DNA of 32,000 nucleotides from Ferroglobus placidus DSM 10642 (GTDB lineage: Archaea > Halobacteriota > Archaeoglobi > Archaeoglobales > Archaeoglobaceae). The stretch lies in the NCBI RefSeq assembly GCF_000025505.1, contig NC_013849.1:1740001-1772000 (forward strand), written 5' to 3'. The position numbers and the translations under genes are program-made. This document shows, one piece after another, positions 27,504 through 32,000 of this stretch. Under the pieces are notes generated by a model, which searched no databases, was not told the origin of the DNA, and saw nothing but the letters and a program-made list of their open reading frames with translations. The stretch's first letter is position 1; each line of letters starts with the position of its first letter.

Positions 27504-27662
27504 ATGCCCCGTCAAAGTCAGGACAAGGTGAAATTAACATTAACCATAAATAAAAACGTTCTCGAACGAGCTAAGGAATTAATCCCCAACCTTAGCGCCT
27601 TCGTCGAAATGAAGCTTCGAGAATACGTAATTTTGGCAGAACACGGGTTATTCGACGAAAAT
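27504..27662 (+). CDS. int: int(N): N-terminal fragment of the element's partitioned integrase (RHH-like), reading into attR and the tRNA
   Basis: 'VKLTLTINKNVLERAKELIPNLSAFVEMKLREYV', then the att-encoded 'GTGREGFEPPTAGLRV'. Codon 54 starts exactly at att, the same phase as at attL. Confidence 0.75.
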
Positions 27663-27711
27663 GGAACGGGCCGGGAGGGATTTGAACCCCCGACCGCGGG
27701 ATTAAGAGTCC
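27663..27711. repeat. attR: 49-bp repeat (4 nt plus the 3'-terminal 45 nt of tRNA-Lys)
   Basis: Identical to 19031..19079. Confidence 0.95.
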
Positions 27712-27740
27712 CGCGCTCTACCTGGCTAAGCTACCGGCCC
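27667..27740 (-). tRNA. tRNA-Lys (anticodon CUU), 74 nt, no encoded CCA
   Basis: The hand-folded cloverleaf is GGGCCGG / GCTT-GAGC / CGGGA-CTCTTAA-TCCCG / GGGGG-TTCAAAT-CCCTC / CCGGCCC-G. The anticodon loop CT-CTT-AA gives CUU. Confidence 0.9.
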
Positions 27741-27798
27741 ACTAAAAACTAAGCTCGTTTCTCGATTTATCAAGTTTTTGGTAATTGAAAAAGCCCTG

Positions 27799-28435
27799 TC
27801 AACTTAACCACCTCAGATGATTGTAATAGAGCATGAAGAGTTTGCAGAATAGATTCCAGTTTTTAATTGGATTTTTAGTGGAAATCGAACAGAAGAACAG
27901 CTTAACTCTCTGTTTAAATGAGCTGAACGTCGCTTCAACCAGACTTCTCTTTCCGAAAGGTTTCATGCTTAAATTCCAAGCCTAAACTTTCTATTGCTTT
28001 TCTCAGCCATGGTGCTTTGTCTATCAAAAACTTGGGTTCGTTCTCGCAGTAATTAAGAACTTCTTTGACGAAAGACCTTGCTGTAAGAATGTTTCTCGTC
28101 GTGTAAACCCTCATTAAAATCAGCTCGTTCCTTTCAACGTCTACCGCGGCAAAAATGTAGAACTTCTTTTTGTTAGCTTTGACAATCGTTTCATCTATTG
28201 CAACAAGATTTCTCCGCTTCTTCTCAGTAGAAATTGGTAACTTCTCTTCAAACTTCTTTATCCATTTCCACACAGCCGTATGGGAGACCGGACGAAACTC
28301 CGAGAGAATTTTAACCGTTCTCCTCGTCGAAGAAGTTTGAACGTAAGTGGCTACGCCAAGAATTCTAATGTCGTTCGGAACTCTTTCCCTCTCAAACAAC
28401 TCAAGCTCCTCTATAAGCTTCTTCAACTTCATCAA
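27799..28435 (-). pseudogene. IS6-family DDE transposase, frameshifted
   Basis: 'LVAIDETIVKANKKKFYIFAAVDVERNELI...FLIDKAPWLRKAIESLGLEFKHETF', then a stop. Another frame continues 'GKRSLVEATFSSFKQRVKLFF...', the conserved E-containing C-terminus. The frame switch is near 27950..27956. I could not define terminal inverted repeats. Confidence 0.7.
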
Positions 28436-28524
28436 AATTGTCTGAATAATATTCTGGGAAGGTAAAGTTTACGGGTCTGAAAGGTAAGCGTACAAGAACG
28501 GAGTCCTACGGAAAGAGTTAGCGA

Positions 28525-29106
28525 TCATCCTAACTTTTCTCCAAAAAGATACCACGCCGCAAAAACTGCTATGGAAAGCCCAACGCCGATGCTTATTCCT
28601 TCCGCGAGGGCGGATTTCACCTCAGCAGAGAGATTCGTAACGTCTATTAACAAAACCATTGAGATGAGAAGAATAATAAGGGTCAGGAAATTCTTCATCT
28701 TCTCCTCGATAGCGAACCTCTCAATCAGCCTTGTAATCGCTATGAAAACGAACACTATAAGAAGAAGAACGCTGAGAACTCTCGAAAAATAGTCGAGGAT
28801 CGAATTTGCGGTATCGATAAATTCCGGAAAAAGTAAACCGACGATTGAGTAAAAAGCCGTTAGAGCTACTGCCATGTTAACGATCCAGAGAATTATCGAT
28901 GTAAAAGAGATCGACACGCCTAAAGTTCTAACAAGCGGCTCGAATATCTTCTCAACATCTAGCGTGGAGAATATCCTCGTCAACGCTCTGTTCAAAATTA
29001 CCGCAAAGACGAAGAAGACGCAAATGATAACTATAGCACCTAACAATTTTGGAGCGAGCATTTCGATGTCTTTTAGCGCGAGCATCACGGCTTCACGCAG
29101 ATCCAT
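28525..29106 (-). CDS. Hypothetical polytopic membrane protein (193 aa)
   Basis: Four to five hydrophobic segments. No catalytic motif recognised. Confidence 0.55.
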   Translation of the reverse strand: MDLREAVMLALKDIEMLAPKLLGAIVIICVFFVFAVILNRALTRIFSTLDVEKIFEPLVRTLGVSISFTSIILWIVNMAVALTAFYSIVGLLFPEFIDTANSILDYFSRVLSVLLLIVFVFIAITRLIERFAIEEKMKNFLTLIILLISMVLLIDVTNLSAEVKSALAEGISIGVGLSIAVFAAWYLFGEKLG

Positions 29107-30376
29107 GGATGAGATAATACGAGACTCTGTATAAAAACGTTAACAGCAAAAAGACGGTAAATAGGACAGCCAACCTTACGGCGAGAAGGGCTGTTTCGGT
29201 TGTTAGGGTGATTGAAAAAGTGTAAGCCGACAAGCTGATACCGTAGAATATCCTCGAATAAATTCTCGCCTTTTCGACGTCGTAAGCAACTTCCGGAATT
29301 GCGAGGATCGAAATTAGCAATGAAAAAGCAAAGAGAAATGCAGAAGCGACGAACATCAGCGATCCAGCAAAGATCGCAACCGCTACTCCGGTGAGCTGTG
29401 AAAGTGATGAAGCGAAAGATAAGAAGAACGCGACGACTTCTCTGCTCTTCGAAAGCTCGGCGAAGAGGAAAGATGCGAGCATTGAGGAACCATTCATTGA
29501 AAACGCGTAGAGAACGGCTATCGCAACGTGAAGTTCGGGGATTTTCGTTGCCGCTATAAGCAAAGGAGAGGTTGCCGCCAAAACTATGGCAATTCTGAAA
29601 CTTCTGTAACTTCTCTTAGCCCAAAAGAACGGAGAGAATATGGTTGTGATAGTTTGAGCGGTGCTTATGGCGACAGCTATATAGTCGGCAGCTTTGAGGG
29701 ATTTCATTACGTACGGCTGCCAGACCGCTCCGATTAAAGCGGAAGCCGATGATAAGAATAGCAGAAAGAGAAAGACGTTTACGGATTTGATCCTCTCCTC
29801 CTCTCCCATTTCTTCCCCGTGTTTCACAGCGAATTCCGTCATTGAAACGAGGAGCGAGGAAATCATGCCAAAAGCTGCGGCTATTGCGTAGAGGTAAAAG
29901 TACTTCGCGGTGCCTTCCATCGAAGCTACAACGAGAAAAGCAGTTATCGATCCGACGAAGTTTGAGAATGAGCCGAAAGATGAGCGATAGTATAGGGTTT
30001 TCTTAACTTCTTCTCCCTCAAGCGAGTAGATTGCGATGTTTAGGAGGGAGGACGTCGGGACGGTCGTCATTACCGCTAAAGAATAGCATAAAGGCAGAAA
30101 GCCGAGAACGTGCGAGATGGGTATTAAGCCCCAGAAAACTCTTTCGAGAACGTGGGACGTTAACAGAACTTTTTTGAGATTGTTGAGCAGAATTCTCCGA
30201 ATTTTAAAGAGCACGTAAGCTAAAAGAGTTGCCGCAGCGTAAGCCTGAAGGTTTAGCCAAAGTATGTCGTAGATCGAATATCCTATCGCAGCAAGGAATA
30301 CCGGTGCGAGGCTTCTGGTTATGTTCACGTAAAATCCAGCGGCAAGTGACTCAAGAGAGAGCTTGTTCACCGACAT
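29093..30376 (-). CDS. MFS-like multi-pass membrane transporter (427 aa)
   Basis: About 12 hydrophobic segments with MFS-like size and organisation. Substrate unknown. Confidence 0.6.
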   Translation of the reverse strand: MSVNKLSLESLAAGFYVNITRSLAPVFLAAIGYSIYDILWLNLQAYAAATLLAYVLFKIRRILLNNLKKVLLTSHVLERVFWGLIPISHVLGFLPLCYSLAVMTTVPTSSLLNIAIYSLEGEEVKKTLYYRSSFGSFSNFVGSITAFLVVASMEGTAKYFYLYAIAAAFGMISSLLVSMTEFAVKHGEEMGEEERIKSVNVFLFLLFLSSASALIGAVWQPYVMKSLKAADYIAVAISTAQTITTIFSPFFWAKRSYRSFRIAIVLAATSPLLIAATKIPELHVAIAVLYAFSMNGSSMLASFLFAELSKSREVVAFFLSFASSLSQLTGVAVAIFAGSLMFVASAFLFAFSLLISILAIPEVAYDVEKARIYSRIFYGISLSAYTFSITLTTETALLAVRLAVLFTVFLLLTFLYRVSYYLIHGSA

Positions 30377-30463
30377 CGTAGTCTCTTCAAATCAGTGGCA
30401 TTTTGCTTGTAAACTTTGCGTAGTCTCAAAAGAATTATATCTGGTCAATCAGAAAAAAATATT

Positions 30464-31507
30464 ATGCACATTTCAAAAGAGCTCGAAAAGAAAATAGCTT
30501 TGCCTCCCGCTACACCAGTATTCGTTGGAGAAAAGAAGTCGGAGGAAGTAAAAATCACGGCAGCGATTTACGACGAGAAATCTGCGGAATTCGAGGAGCT
30601 AAAAGTTGAAGATCTGGAAAATATACTTAATTACGATAAAAAGCTCTGGATAGACGTTACTGGCATTCACGACGAGGAAGCGATCTCTAAAATCTGCGAT
30701 ATTCTCGGAATTCACCCCCTCGCCGCTGAAGACGTTCTCAACACAGCCCAGAGGGTGAAGGTTGAAGACTACGACGATCACCTCTTTATAGTCCTAAAAA
30801 TTCTTCTTTACGATGATAACCTCGAAATAGACCAGCTCAGCGTGGTTTTGAAGAAGAACCTTGTTGTGACTTTCAAAGAAAGAGAGTACCAGATTTTCGA
30901 TTTGATTCGTTCAAGGCTGAAGAAGGGAGGTAGAATAAGAAAATTCGGCGTCGATTATCTTGCCTACGCAATAATGGATGCGGTTGTCGACAGCTACTTC
31001 GAAGCGCTTCTGAAAATATCGAGTGAGGTTGAGGTTCTGGAAGATGAGGTCGTTTCCGGAAATAGCGCCCTCATCGGGAAAATTCACGGTCTGAAGAGAG
31101 AAATACTCGCTTTCAGAAACGCTGTATGGCCTCTTAGAGACGTTCTCAGCTTCTTTACAAGAGTCGAGCACGATTTAATAGGAGAGGAGGTGAAAGTGTA
31201 TTACAGAGACGTTTACGATCACGCCGTCAGGCTTATGGAAGTCCTCGAAACCCAGAGGGAGCTTGTTGTCGGTCTGAGAGAGCTGCTACTGTCGGTACTG
31301 AGCAACAAGCTGAACGAGATTATGAAGGTTCTGACGATGATCGCAACGATCTTTATTCCTCTCAGCTTCATCGCAAGCGTATACGGCATGAACTTCAAGT
31401 ACATGCCGGAGCTTGAGTGGGAATACGGATATCCCACAGTCCTGATCGTAATGGCTGTCATTGCCTTGGTTGAAGTAGTATTCTTCAAGAAAAAAGGGTG
31501 GATCTGA
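30464..31507 (+). CDS. corA: CorA-family Mg2+/Co2+ transporter
   Basis: The C-terminal 'YGMNF' signature between two TM helices. The ATG at 30464 is preferred over the TTG at 30416. Confidence 0.9.
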   Translation: MHISKELEKKIALPPATPVFVGEKKSEEVKITAAIYDEKSAEFEELKVEDLENILNYDKKLWIDVTGIHDEEAISKICDILGIHPLAAEDVLNTAQRVKVEDYDDHLFIVLKILLYDDNLEIDQLSVVLKKNLVVTFKEREYQIFDLIRSRLKKGGRIRKFGVDYLAYAIMDAVVDSYFEALLKISSEVEVLEDEVVSGNSALIGKIHGLKREILAFRNAVWPLRDVLSFFTRVEHDLIGEEVKVYYRDVYDHAVRLMEVLETQRELVVGLRELLLSVLSNKLNEIMKVLTMIATIFIPLSFIASVYGMNFKYMPELEWEYGYPTVLIVMAVIALVEVVFFKKKGWI

Positions 31508-32000
31508 TGGTGAGAGTCAGAAAGAAGGACGGAAGACTTGAGGAGTTCGACAGGACGAAGGTTCTGAAAACTTGCTTAAGGAGCGGGGCAAACGTTGAGA
31601 TTGCTGAGAAGGTTTTGAGGGATGTGGAAGAAAGACTTTACGACGGAATAACCACCGACGAAATACTCGAAATCGTGATCGAATCTTTGCTAAAGCACGG
31701 ATACGAAAAAGCCGCTACTTACGACCTCAAGCAATCTTTACTCCGCTTAGGTCCGGCTGGCTTCAACTTCGAAAAGTTCGTGGCGAGAGTTCTTGAAGAA
31801 TGGGGTTACAGCACGGAGACAAACGTGACTATGAAAGGTAGATGCGTGATGCAGGAAGTCGACGTGATCGCGAGGAAAGATGAAGAGGTTTACATGATCG
31901 AGTGCAAGTTCCACAACCAACCGATTTACACGGGGCTTAAGGAAGTGATGTACACCTACGCCCGCTTCCTCGATCTTTCCGATCACTTTACCGCCGCCTG
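31507..32000 (+). CDS. ATP-cone domain protein with a PD-(D/E)xK (restriction-endonuclease-like) domain; the 3' end lies outside the window
   Basis: 'VRKKDGRLEEFDRTKVLKTCLRSG...ITTDEILEIV' is an ATP-cone. 'EVDVIARKDEEVYMIECKFH' has the D...E-x-K pattern. The ATG shares one nucleotide with the corA stop. It is absent from the track because it has no stop in the window. Confidence 0.7.
   Translation, partial: MVRVRKKDGRLEEFDRTKVLKTCLRSGANVEIAEKVLRDVEERLYDGITTDEILEIVIESLLKHGYEKAATYDLKQSLLRLGPAGFNFEKFVARVLEEWGYSTETNVTMKGRCVMQEVDVIARKDEEVYMIECKFHNQPIYTGLKEVMYTYARFLDLSDHFTAA

Larger units (their letters stand above)
19031..27711. mobile_element. Integrated plasmid/provirus-like element (circular form predicted at 8,632 bp) in tRNA-Lys(CUU)
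   Basis: Perfect 49-bp att repeats, a partitioned integrase in frame on both sides, and a self-contained replication, regulation and TA gene set. Confidence 0.85.

Noticed and set aside
27741-28524. Terminal inverted repeats of the IS6-like element, for example CTAAGCTCGTTTCTCG near 27750 against CGGAAAGAGTTAG near 28510.
   Set aside because: The best pairing needs three single-base gaps in 16 nt, which is no better than chance. I therefore do not call the ends of the IS.
31747-31986. 79-aa minus-strand ORF at the right end of the window.
   Set aside because: It is antisense to the ATP-cone/nuclease-like gene, which has clear motifs and a start coupled to corA.

Overview
The window looks like a thermophilic euryarchaeal chromosome of Archaeoglobus-like gene content: SepCysS, CarS, GGGPS/DGGGPS, Taw1 and archaeal NMNAT, in tightly packed operons with 1-4 nt overlaps. 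Species cannot be determined from the sequence alone. Positions 1-18.1 kb and 28.5-32 kb are housekeeping genes, including a membrane-lipid gene neighbourhood and a SepCysS-DUF169-ThiI operon. The accessory part is 18.1-28.5 kb. A tRNA-Lys(CUU) gene (27667..27740, minus strand) has been targeted by an integrative element of about 8.6 kb. The element is bounded by a perfect 49-bp direct repeat (19031..19079 and 27663..27711). Its tyrosine-recombinase gene is partitioned SSV-style into int(C) at the left end and int(N) at the right end. It carries a pRN-like RHH plus primase-polymerase/SF3-helicase replication module, a dense GGAAC iteron field, a HicBA toxin-antitoxin pair and a string of tiny ORFans. 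It also has a single, strongly signalled 86-aa two-helix membrane protein that resembles the major capsid protein of spindle-shaped archaeal viruses. At the left junction, an int(N)-like remnant of a different element is fused in frame to int(C), giving an apparently intact chimeric integrase. That gene is bracketed by a perfect 39-bp direct repeat. A nonsense-inactivated toxin-antitoxin-like pair and a frameshifted IS6-type transposase flank the site, so this tRNA is a hotspot for mobile DNA. All functional calls come from reading the translated ORFs and recalling family motifs. No database search was run.
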